Below, piece by piece: positions 12,896 to 23,584 of a stretch of 64,000 nt of DNA (its first letter is position 1; each line of letters begins with the position of its first letter). Below the pieces are notes generated by a model, which did not search any database, was not told the origin of the DNA, and saw nothing but the letters and a program-made list of their open reading frames with translations. The stretch is taken from NCBI GenBank assembly GCA_964016885.1, contig OZ024745.1, forward strand, positions 72,850,001-72,914,000. Reading direction: 5' to 3'. Both the position numbers and the translations under genes were made by a program. The stretch comes from Eledone cirrhosa (taxonomy: Eukaryota).

Positions 12896-12964
12896 ATTGC
12901 TGAGTACACTCAGTATATATATATATAGAGAGAGAGAAATAGTAATACTATATTTTCTGTTTAC

Positions 12965-13003
<39 letters not shown>

Positions 13004-13018
13004 ATGAAATGATGATGA

Positions 13019-13090
<72 letters not shown>

Positions 13091-13539
13091 GGAGTAAGAT
13101 TCTATACAAAACAGTCGTTATAGAGAAAAGGTGAAATTGGAAATAGCATGGAAAATATATTTAATGATATGTTTTTCTTTTTTCTTCCTTCTTTGATTCG
13201 TCAAAGTAACATTATTGAAAAATTGAGCGGGACAATTCTTTTGAAAAAGAGTTTTAAAATGTATATCAGATATATAAAATATAAATGGTTTCGATGTATC
13301 AGTGAAATCCATCTTATCAAATGTTGAATATTAAAATGAAAAAAATAAAAAATTATAGATTTAAAATTAAATGTTGAGGCAAGTTTGTTCATCTTTCTTG
13401 TTGAGAAGAAGACTGGGTCTAAAATGGAATCTTGTATATATATATATAGAGAGAGAGAGGGGTAGACCTAGTAGTAGTAGTAGTAGTAGTAGTGGAGATG
13501 GGAGGTGAAATCTCCGACATTATAAGTACTCGGTCCTTG

Positions 13540-13875
13540 CCATTCTGAGTTCAAATCCAGCCGAGGTTTACTTTGCCTTTCATCCTTACGGGGTCGATAA
13601 AATAAAGTACCAGTAATGCACTGAGTAATTGGTGGCCTTGTGCCAAAAGTAGAAACAATTATAAGTGCTGGATTGGCAGTATCGGTAGAGGGTCGGACGC
13701 CATGCTTTGACGCATAGAGTTACGGCCCTTGCCATTCTGAGTTAAAATCACGCCGAGGTTAACTCTGCCTTTCATCCTTACGGGGTCGATAAAATAAAGT
13801 ACCAGTGGGATAATTACCACTAAAAGTACCACTGAGATAATTGCTGGTCTTGTGCCAAAAGTAGAAACAATTACA
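13540..13875 (+). repeat. Two tandem copies of a tRNA-derived cephalopod-type SINE
   Basis: tggattggcagtatcggtagag...gagttcaaatc..gccgaggttaactttgcctttcatccttacggggtcgataaaataaagtaccag...ggccttgtgccaaaagtagaaacaatt; same family as 28793, 31710, 32173, 34255 (-), 41600, 49160-49330 and 54430. Confidence 0.85.
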
Positions 13876-14049
13876 AGTGCTCTGACTCTTCATCGCTGTA
13901 GTCCATTCTTCATATGGAACAACAACCAGGTCTATGTTTAGGAGGAGTAGTAGCCAAAGTAGTTGCTTTGCGATAGAAATTTGGATTAGTAAAACCATAC
14001 TATGTGCTGCTGAGTTTTGATTGGTCCAAATAACTATGGTGGTGCGTGG

Positions 14050-14101
<52 letters not shown>

Positions 14102-14428
14102 CATTGTCGTTGTGATACCCTTCCTAACGCCAACCACATTGACAGTGTGTGCAGTATGCTTTCGCCATGTCTTTTACACGTCCACTTTACAGTGTGGGCT
14201 GGGTGCTTTTTGTCGTGACACTTACACAATCACTTCACAGTGTGGGCTGGATTTTTTGTGGTACCAGTATCAAATACATATATATATATATATGCAGAGG
14301 TTATATTTAATTTGTTGGGATTCAACAAGCTTAAAAATTTTATAACTGATATAAAGCACTCAACATTTTAGTGGAGTAAATATTCAATATATTAATAAAT
14401 GGAAACTATATTTATAAAACCATAATTA

Positions 14429-14490
14429 TTTTATTATATATATTTCAAGGACAACCAAGGCAAATTATGGTGCGCTTTCATCAGATAAAA
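14429..14490 (-). ncRNA. Type I hammerhead ribozyme
   Basis: ttttat-CTGATGA-aagcgcacca...tggttgtcctt-GAAA-tatatata-ataaaa on the minus strand. Confidence 0.75.
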
Positions 14491-14607
14491 TACAGATTTG
14501 TTTTATAAATAAATATTGGCATACCCGGAAAAAAGACAACCTTAACGGTTGAAGTTCCCTGTCTTTTTTCCAGGTATGTCAATATTTATTTATAAAACAA
14601 ATCTGTA

Positions 14608-14669
14608 TTTTATCTGATGAAAGCGCACCATAATTTGCCTTGGTTGCCCTTGAAATATATATAATAAAA
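14608..14669 (+). ncRNA. Type I hammerhead ribozyme
   Basis: ttttat-CTGATGA-aagcgcacca taatttgcct tggttgccctt-GAAA-tatatata-ataaaa. Confidence 0.78.
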
Positions 14670-14799
14670 TAATTATGGTTTTATAAATATAGTTTCCATT
14701 TATTAATATATTGTATATATATATATATATACATACATGCACACATCATGAATAATGATATACACATATATATATATATTTGCATGCATATATCATATA

Positions 14800-15696
14800 C
14801 TAGCATTAAAGCCGGGCGTTGCTCGGGGTCATTAAGTTACCAAAGTTAGGTTGCACCACCCATTTTATGGCAGCACTTTTTTGTCTGCCAGGCCCTGGGT
14901 GAATGAATTGCAGACCTGGAAGCATGAGCTGCGCCAGCAGTGACAATTGTAGTTTCGCCTATGGATATTATCTCTGTGCAAAAAAGTGTTGAAATTTATT
15001 GTTTCACAGTACTTGCGCAACACGCGCGTAGACGATGCCAGCCGAACAATAGAGCTGCGATGGAGTTGTTCTGCATGGTTGTCTGTGTGTTTTCTAAATT
15101 TAAGACAGTAGGGAGGGTTGTGATATGAGGGAGAGTTAGCTGTTGTTTCTAGCAGGTTTAGTGACCTCATAGAGGATATGTGTTTTCTAAATTTAAGATA
15201 GTAGGGAGTGGTGTGATATGGGGGAGAGTTAGCTGCTGTTTCTAGCAGGTTTAGTGATCTCATAGAATATATGTTTTCTAAATTTAAGACAGTAGGGAGG
15301 GGTGTGATATGGGGGAGAGTTAGCTGCTGTTTCTAGCAGGTTTAGTAACCTCATAGAGGATATGTGTTTTCTAAATTTAAGACAGTAGGGAGTGGTGTGA
15401 ATGGACAGTATCACCATCAAGCTTGGAATGAGAAAGTAGCAGAAAGTATGAAGTTGTATAGATTTTGAATGGTAGTAGAAAGAGTTCAGCAGTTTAAATG
15501 AGAGAGAAAAATCGTAAAATATTGAGTTTTATCTATTTTTTGCGTAATTGTGGGTGAAATTGAAAAGATTATCTGCATCAAGACGCAATCGAAGCTATTT
15601 CGAATACTGAATTGTAAATTTCAATTGAAGAAATTCTATATCGTAGATTTCTATAACGAAGGAGCATGACCACACACTGAGCTTTATAGATTATGA
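14800..15696 (-). mobile_element. Non-autonomous Helitron with an internal ~91-bp tandem repeat (15085-15400)
   Basis: Terminal ctag-cattaaagccgggcgttgctcgggg (Helitron 3' hairpin plus CTAG on the minus strand); same terminus as 26975. Confidence 0.7.
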
Positions 15697-15720
15697 TGTA
15701 ATATACATATACATACTCAC

Positions 15721-15782
<62 letters not shown>

Positions 15783-15789
15783 TAAATAT

Positions 15790-16590
15790 ATCACCAATCT
15801 CGTCAATTACCATCCATCATTCATTGGTTGGATGGGTTGACCCTTGTTAAGCTCACCCGGGACAGATTTTGGCTTGGTTTCTACAGCTGGGTGCCCTTCC
15901 TACTGCCAACCACATTTACAGTATGTGCTAGGTACTTTTTGTTGTGTCACCTACACAACCATATTACAGCGTGGACTGGGTACTTTTTGCCGTGATACCT
16001 ACACGACCACTTTACAGAGTGGACTGGGCACTTTTGTCGTGCCACCTACACGACGACTTTACACGACCACTTTACACCTTTGTCGTGTCACTGACACAAC
16101 CACTTTACAGTGGGGCCTGGGCACTTTTGTCTTGTGACTAGGAAGGGAGGAGGAGCTTGTGGAAAAATGTGGACAGGGTAGTAGGGGAGGTATGGTTGCT
16201 GCTAAGGGAGGTAAATGAGAAGGGATAGAAGGTTGAGAAAGGTGTTGCCTACTAGGTATAAGCCTCATCCTGAGAATAATAGAGAGCGGATCTTCTGTAA
16301 AACTGCATAGCGCCAGAGATCGCGGTCCTGAGTCATTGCCTTTGAGAGGTGTAATTGTGCAAGGTCAGCTTTTATTACCTCATACAGTCTTCCTAGGCCT
16401 GCTCACACCACGGCTACCATCGACTTTGAGCGCTCTGCACCTTATTATACAGCTGTCATCCTTCATACGAATCACATGTCCATACCAACGCAATCTCCTC
16501 TCCTTATGCAACAACTGATCCATCTTATGCCTAATTTCTCATGCAGTCTATTTGCCATTCACATATATTGCTATTGCACATCCAGCGAAG
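15790..16590 (-). mobile_element. RTE LINE 3' fragment with degenerate tandem tail repeats
   Basis: Reverse of the ERRLRWYGHVIRMKDDSC..KCRAL.VDG.RG.GRP.KT region plus the RTE 3' UTR; similar to 53700-54230. Confidence 0.75.
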
Positions 16591-16669
16591 CAAGGAAACT
16601 TCATTTCTTTCTAATCTTCACAGGTCCTCTGTACACAGTGCCCAAAGTCATATCAGTAGACCTCATGTA

Positions 16670-16991
16670 GATTATGATCTGAAAAGGTGTAAGGAATGTG
16701 ACAAGGAATGTGCATGCATGGGAGGTCTTAAAAGACACGTGAGAACACATAGTCAGAACCAAGCAGTGGGAAGTCCCAGGGGAGCCTACAGTTGCCATGC
16801 GTGTGCCAGAGGGTGCAAGTCTTTAGCTGGTTTAAAGAGCCACATTCGTGCCGCACAATTTTGAGCATTTTATCAGGCGATGGCAATGCTTGAACTCGAG
16901 TTTGTGGCCATCATGTATGTATGCATCTATGTATATATATGTGTGTGTGTTTATGCATTTATGTATATATGTGTGTATGTATGTATGTGTT

Positions 16992-17023
<32 letters not shown>

Positions 17024-17025
17024 TG

Positions 17026-17057
<32 letters not shown>
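16670..17057 (+). mobile_element. 3' end of an RTE/BovB-like LINE with two C2H2 fingers and a (GTAT)n tail
   Basis: CKECDKECACMGGLKRHVRTH and CHACARGCKSLAGLKSHIR, followed directly by a (gtat)n tail. Confidence 0.7.
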
Positions 17058-17058
<1 letters not shown>

Positions 17059-17059
17059 C

Positions 17060-17617
17060 TCATGGTCGGGTCATTGGTGACTAAACTGGCAACCCCACCA
17101 AGGTTTCTTGGTGAGGAGGGTGACTTTGGACATCCTGCAGGACTAAAAACAAAACCTGTCAAAGGGCAAAGGAACTCTTAAGAGTCAATGGCCATCCAAA
17201 ATCACCGGGAGAGATGACCCCTTAGCCTTTGTCAAGGCAGAATTCTAGGAGAAGGAAAACTCTGATATAACACCTGCAACCCTGATGGTATCCAATGATG
17301 TTGACTTGTTCTTCTTTTTGGTAAATATCATCTTGGTTAAGAGAGTGGGACTGGCTTTGTGCAGTGCCTTTGCTCACTATAAAAGCTTCACGGCACAGGC
17401 ATTGCTTTATATCTGGAGATCTCTCTGTACTTGCCGTCACATGGTACCATTGGCCCAGCACTGTGTGTCAAAAATTGTCACAAGTGTAGTGTTTGTACCA
17501 GAGTTTTCAAGTCGCTGGCTGGACTAAAAAGTCACACTCGTTCAGCGCATCGGTAGGGATTCTCCTACATGGATATAAAGTAGTGGCCGTACTTGAAAAC
17601 GAGTTGGCAGCCACCAT
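17060..17617 (+). mobile_element. Bipartite non-autonomous RTE derivative (5' UTR joined to 3' end)
   Basis: Contains the RTE 5'-UTR-type motif tctaggagaaggaaaactctga; the 3' part encodes HKCSVCTRVFKSLAGLKSHTRSAHR* and ends like 16670-16912. Confidence 0.6.
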
Positions 17618-17778
17618 ATATATATATGTATATATATATGTATATATAAGGGAGAGAATTGGGAGTGTGTAACACTCCACTTATCAAATAGGCAGTATAT
17701 GGTTAGCTCAATGTCAGAGGACAGAGCCGTAATACAATTAACAACAAAGAGCGCTTAGAACATAAGTATATCTTTAAT

Positions 17779-17824
17779 TGCTAACAGTGTTTCGTCCACA
17801 CTAGAAGTGGGACTCTTCAGAGCA
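17779..17824 (-). ncRNA. Type I hammerhead ribozyme in a probable PLE terminus (~17648-17900)
   Basis: tgct-CTGAAGA-gtcccac ttctagt gtggac-GAAA-cactgtt-agca. Confidence 0.78.
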
Positions 17825-19731
17825 TAAAGAGTAAATACATAGTATACAAGCATTGACAAAGCCAAAACAGAAGAATATATGTGGGGATACCATAAGTTGG
17901 GAGGAGTTTAAAGAGTAAAGTAAACGGAGTAAAATAAGAAAAGAGTAAAATAAAAGTAAACATAAAAATAAGAATAAAAATAAAAATAAAAATAAAAATA
18001 AAAATAAAAATAAAAATAAAAATAAGAATTGTTATCACTCGCAGGGTTCGGTTAACATACAGCTACATACAAGTATATGCATAAGCATGAGCACCCGCAT
18101 ACACCCGTATGCAACACATACAGTATACACTAATACAAATAACATACCATAGACGGATGGGCACAAGTTAAGAGATAGAGATAGATAAAAAATAGATAAG
18201 AGGTAGATAAAAATAGATAAAAAATAGATAAAAAATAGATAAAAATAGATAAAAAATAGATAAAAAAATAGATAAAAAATAGATAAAAAATAGATAATAA
18301 ATAGATAAAAAATAGATAAAAAATAGATAAAAGATAAAAAATAAAATAAAATAAAATAAAGTAAAGTAAAATATACACCAGAAGATAAATAAAACAATAC
18401 ACCAAAAAAAAATGGAGTAAAATATACACCATAAAGGAAGGTGTGGGTAAATGTAAGACTGGCAAATGCATAAGCTATCAAGCTATGTTCAACAAGTGAT
18501 ATACGTACAACATATAAAATACACAAAAATATATATACAAAAATATATATAAAAAATATATATAAAAGAGACGCATATATAAGGATATATATATACATAT
18601 ATATACACATATCAGTACAAGTAATGCATATTTATAAAGATGTAACTGGGGGTAAAAAGATGTAATAAGGGTAATCAAGATGGTAATTATTAGGGCATGT
18701 AATAATAATATTATTATAGAGATCCTAAGGTGACACTAGTGTTGACCCATGGTGATATATGGAATATATCAGGAGCACACGAACGCCTTAGGTGTTGCAG
18801 TTAGCCGCAGTTCAACAATAGAGTGTTCGAATGAGATTTTTTATTTTTTATGAACAGATGCTATGTCCGCACTAGATTGAGTGGACCATTACAATACAAT
18901 GGAAACATCCCAGGTTGGACAGTCCCAAAAGTTCACACTCCAAAGTTCAATCCACAGGTGTGCAATCATAGAGTTGAGCGGTTGGGCAATCCGAAAAAGT
19001 TCACACTCCAAAGTTCAATACACAGATGTGCATTCATAGAGTTGAGCACTCAGGCAAGAATTAATTGGTTAACAAGGTATATCCATATCACAAGCAGAAG
19101 CATATGCTGGGAAGGTTGCAGGCAAATTCATATACAGCAGCACGAACATCAAGAGGCAAATATTAGTGAGCAGAAGCAGGTAAGTGCAGGTGGTAAAACA
19201 CAGTCAGGTGAAGCAGGTTATTATGCATACCATTTAATATAAGAAAACTCAACAACAGTGCATAACAAATAGCTTCCAAAGCCGATAACTACAAAATCAC
19301 AACAAATCTACGCGGATATATTACACAAAATATCTTACCCAGCTAACAAAAGTCAAAAACCCATAACAGTTGCTCTCACTGGTCGCAGATAATGTAGTTT
19401 TACAGTAAATTAGCCAGAATTATCGTGATAAATAATTACAGTACTTCCTCCCTCCTAAATCTCTCAATTTGTATGATGAATTATTATTATTCATCTGTTG
19501 CCTCAGCTGCCTCTCATGTTTCACCCCCTCACTATTTCTCTCTCCCATATCTCTCTCTATCTCTCTCTGTTTTTCTTTACATACATTTATTCCTTCTCTC
19601 CGTCTTTCTTTCTAACTGTGCTTAACACTAAATATTTACAAACATTTCACTACCAAACCAACTTTTTAAATGGAAGTTGATCAATATTTATGGTACGTCA
19701 AATTTATTTATAAAACTGCTTATATATTGTA

Positions 19732-19793
19732 TTTTATCTGAAGAAGGCATGCCATATTTTTAATATGGTATCCCTGAAATATGTATAATGAAA
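19732..19793 (+). ncRNA. Type I hammerhead ribozyme, same family as the 14385-14713 arms
   Basis: ttttat-CTGAAGA-aggcatgccatattt ttaatatggtatccct-GAAA-tatgtata-atgaaa; the downstream tatggttttataaatatagtttccattt is shared with ~14675-14701. Confidence 0.8.
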
Positions 19794-20428
19794 TAAATAT
19801 GGTTTTATAAATATAGTTTCCATTTGTTTAATATCGTATATATATGTATATATTTATATATGTATATGTATATATATATGTATATATGTTTATATATGTA
19901 TATGTATATATGTATATATATATATGTATATATGTATGTATATATGTATATATATATGTATATATGTATATATATATGTATGTATATATGTATATATATA
20001 TGTATATATGTATATATATATGTATATATATGTATATATATATGTATATATATATATATATATGTATATATATGTATATATATGTATATATATATATGTA
20101 TATATATGTATATATATATATGTATATATATGTATATATATGTATATATATATATATGTATATATATGTATATATATATATGTATATATATGTATATATA
20201 TGTATATATATATATATGTATATATATGTATATGTATATATAGGTATATGTATATATATATGTATATATGTATATATATATGTATATATATATGTATGTA
20301 TATGTATATATATATGTATATATATATGTATATATATATATGTATATATATATATGTGTATATATATGTATATATATATGTATATATATATGTATATATA
20401 TGTGTATATATGTATATATATATATATG

Positions 20429-20460
<32 letters not shown>

Positions 20461-20615
20461 TAAAAAATGTCAAAACAACAGATGGGAATCTAATTACTCA
20501 CTGCCACCAAGAATTCTCACTGCTATCGAAAAACCACTCCTTCAACTATTCTTCTAACAACTTCACCCCTCCCTCCTAATATTCTCTATAAAAACTAAAT
20601 AGGTCCTCAGTAATA

Positions 20616-20732
20616 TTATTCTGATGAAATGACAGTAAATAATAACATTGAAATATTGAATGTCTGCATAACTAAAAGTTTGTAGATAGCTGTTTTAGGT
20701 TATGTAACTGTTATAGAAACACGTGTCAATAA
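20616..20732 (+). ncRNA. Type I hammerhead ribozyme with an extended stem II
   Basis: ttatt-CTGATGA-aatgacagt...actgttata-GAAA-cacgtGTC-aataa: stem I ttatt/aataa, stem II atgacagt/actgttat, palindrome ACACGTGT, GUC triplet. Confidence 0.82.
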
Positions 20733-20900
20733 ATTCCTTTCAACTAAACTGTATCCATTCAAATCTTTCTATTTTTCTCCGGATTACTTTTGGAACTACA
20801 ACTGGAACCGTCGAGCAAACTCTACGTGAGCTGATAATCTACTGTGTGTAATATTTATATTACAACACAACGGAAAATACTGTATATGTATATATATATG

Positions 20901-20947
<47 letters not shown>

Positions 20948-21058
20948 GCATATATGTATATATATATATATATATGTATATATATGTATATATATATATA
21001 TATGTATGTATATATATATATGTATATGTATATATATGTATATATATATGTATATATG

Positions 21059-21129
<71 letters not shown>

Positions 21130-21160
21130 GTATATATATATATGTATAGATGTATATATG

Positions 21161-21199
<39 letters not shown>

Positions 21200-21397
21200 G
21201 TATATATATATGTATGTATATATATATATATTTGCATACATGTATGTGTATATGTATATTTGTATATATATGTATATGTATATATGTATATATATATATT
21301 TATATATATATATATATATGTATAAAAGACGTAAAATAAGAAAATATTTTTTTAAAAAAATTTTTTTTAAATTTTTTACTTACTTACTTAAATTTTC

Positions 21398-21479
21398 ACT
21401 CCAACTAATTAGTTTCTGCAATGGGATAAAGACAGTTACGTAATCCAACTGTCGAGAATTCATTGCGTCATCAGGGAGT
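21398..21479 (-). ncRNA. Type I hammerhead ribozyme (repeat copy 1)
   Basis: actcc-CTGATGA-cgcaatg...gacagtt ggattacgt aactgtc...cattgca-GAAA-ctaattagtt-ggagt. Confidence 0.85.
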
Positions 21480-21973
21480 CTATTCTCAGTTAAGTCTCCA
21501 GGCAATGCGCGGACACTGGCGGCTCATATAAAAATAATAATAATTCGGTAGATCGAACAGCTGGCGAGGACTGGATTGTATGTACCGAAATTCTCACTGC
21601 TTCAGGTCAAATGGCCGATTCTAAAGAATCAATCACGTGACACAGAGGCTAGTTAGAAGGAATGGGATGGTAAGATGACTGACGCCTACTAACACCCCCC
21701 CCCCCACCCCCCAAAAAAAAAAAAATTTTAGAAGTGGTTTTGGCAAGTTTGCTCGACAAATCAGTGATTTGGAGATAAATATAGATAATTTAATATATCA
21801 ACTAACATAAGCGCACAGATGCACGCCCATGCTAGCAAATACACAGGTTATGTCATAGTACCTAGGTGGTTCAATGCAGGAGAATGCAGAACAATAATAT
21901 AAAAGACGTAAAATAAGAAAATATTTTTTTAAAAAATTTTTTTAAAATTTTTTACTTACTTACTTAAATTTTC

Positions 21974-22055
21974 ACTCCAACTAATTAGTTTCTGCAATGG
22001 GATAAAGACAGTTACGTAATCCAACTGTCGAGAATTCATTGCGTCATCAGGGAGT
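21974..22055 (-). ncRNA. Type I hammerhead ribozyme (repeat copy 2)
   Basis: Same sequence as 21398-21479 by eye. Confidence 0.85.
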
Positions 22056-22209
22056 CTATTCTCAGTTAAGTCTCCAGGCAATGCGCGGACACTGGCGGCT
22101 CATATAAAAATAATAATAATTCGGTAGATCGAACATGTATATATGTATATATATATGTATATATATATATATGTATATATATATATGTATATATATATGT
22201 ATATATATG

Positions 22210-22240
<31 letters not shown>

Positions 22241-22915
22241 GTATATATTTATATATGTATATATATATGTATATATGTATATGTATATATATATATATGT
22301 ATGTGTATATGTATATATGTATATATATATGTATATATATGTATATATGTATATATATATATATGTATATATGTATATATGTATATATATATGTATATAT
22401 TTATATATGTATATGTATATATATATGTATATATGTTTATATATGTATATGTATATATATATGTATATATGTTTATATATGTATATGTATATATGTATAT
22501 ATATATATATATATATGTATGTATATATGTATATATATATGTATATATGTATATATATATGTATGTATATATGTATATATCTATGTATATATGTATATAT
22601 ATATGTATATATATGTATATATATATGTATATATATAAGTATATATATATTTGTATATATATGTATATATATGTATATATATATATGTATATATATGTAT
22701 GTATATATATGTATATATATATATCTATATATATGTATATATATATGTATATATATATATGTATATATATGTATATATATATATGTATATATATGTATAT
22801 ATATATATGTATATATATATATGTATATATATGTATATGTATATATATGTATATGTATATATATATGTATATATGTATATATGTATATATATCTGTATAT
22901 ATATATGTATATATG

Positions 22916-22964
<49 letters not shown>

Positions 22965-23466
22965 GTATATACATATATATATATACATATATACATATAT
23001 ATATACATATATATATACATATATACATATATACATATATATACATATATATACATATATATATATACATATACATATATATACATATAAGTCCCGAACG
23101 CGTCTTTCGCTGTTTGTTGTTTTGAATATTTAAAGATTACATCATATCAAAAGAGGATAAAATTAAAATTAATGTTAAAATACAACATGAAATTAATGCG
23201 ATAGGATAGTCAGAAGCAGTTAGTGTGTGCAATAGTTACACGTGTGGCAAGCACGTGTGTCTTATTTATATAATATTATAGTGCCGCAGGGTGTTACATG
23301 TAATACAAGCACTTTAATATATGATATGAATGTAATCTTTAAATGTATACTGCCACGCTAAATGTTATAATGGATGTCGACCCACCAAGCAACAATATAT
23401 GTATATGTATCTGTATGTCTCTTGGGTTGAAAAGGAGGTCATATATGTGATCATTCATTAATAAAT

Positions 23467-23513
23467 TGCTCCGAAGAATCCAAACCTCGGTTTGGAGGAA
23501 ACAATTGTAAGCA
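23467..23513 (+). ncRNA. Minimal type I hammerhead with a core variant (CCGAAGA)
   Basis: tgct-CCGAAGA-atccaaac ctcg gtttggag-GAAA-caattgTA-agca; palindrome ACAATTGT; lies in a ~460-bp insert between TA runs. Confidence 0.7.
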
Positions 23514-23548
23514 TATAAATGATTTGAACAGAACTTTGATTCTTATAA

Positions 23549-23584
<36 letters not shown>

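Larger units (their letters stand above)
14385..14713. repeat. Fold-back inverted repeat (~154-bp arms, 21-nt spacer), each arm carrying a hammerhead
   Basis: 14385-14538 is the near-perfect reverse complement of 14560-14713; TA repeats flank the element. Confidence 0.93.
21321..22135 (-). mobile_element. Non-coding element with ~238-bp direct terminal repeats, each containing a hammerhead (retrozyme-like or non-autonomous PLE)
   Basis: 21321-21559 is near-identical to 21898-22135; the ~338-bp interior has no ORF; the element is embedded in (TA)n. Confidence 0.8.
19837..23088. repeat. Compound (TA)n/(TATATG)n microsatellite field interrupted by small hammerhead-bearing inserts
   Basis: Blocks at 19837-20462, 20882-21322 and 22136-23088; source of the YI/MY-rich spurious ORFs. 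Confidence 0.95.

Noticed and set aside
13667-13760. tRNA genes (A/B boxes; also 28793, 32173)
   Set aside because: No cloverleaf; these are SINE heads continuing into a shared body.
16541-16864. C2H2 zinc-finger host gene
   Set aside because: Fingers are followed directly by a simple-repeat tail and recur at 17470-17555, matching an RTE/BovB-type C-terminus rather than a TGEKP-linked zinc-finger gene.
19805-23133. Many long YIYI/MYIC ORFs
   Set aside because: Translations of (TA)n/(TATATG)n microsatellites, not genes.
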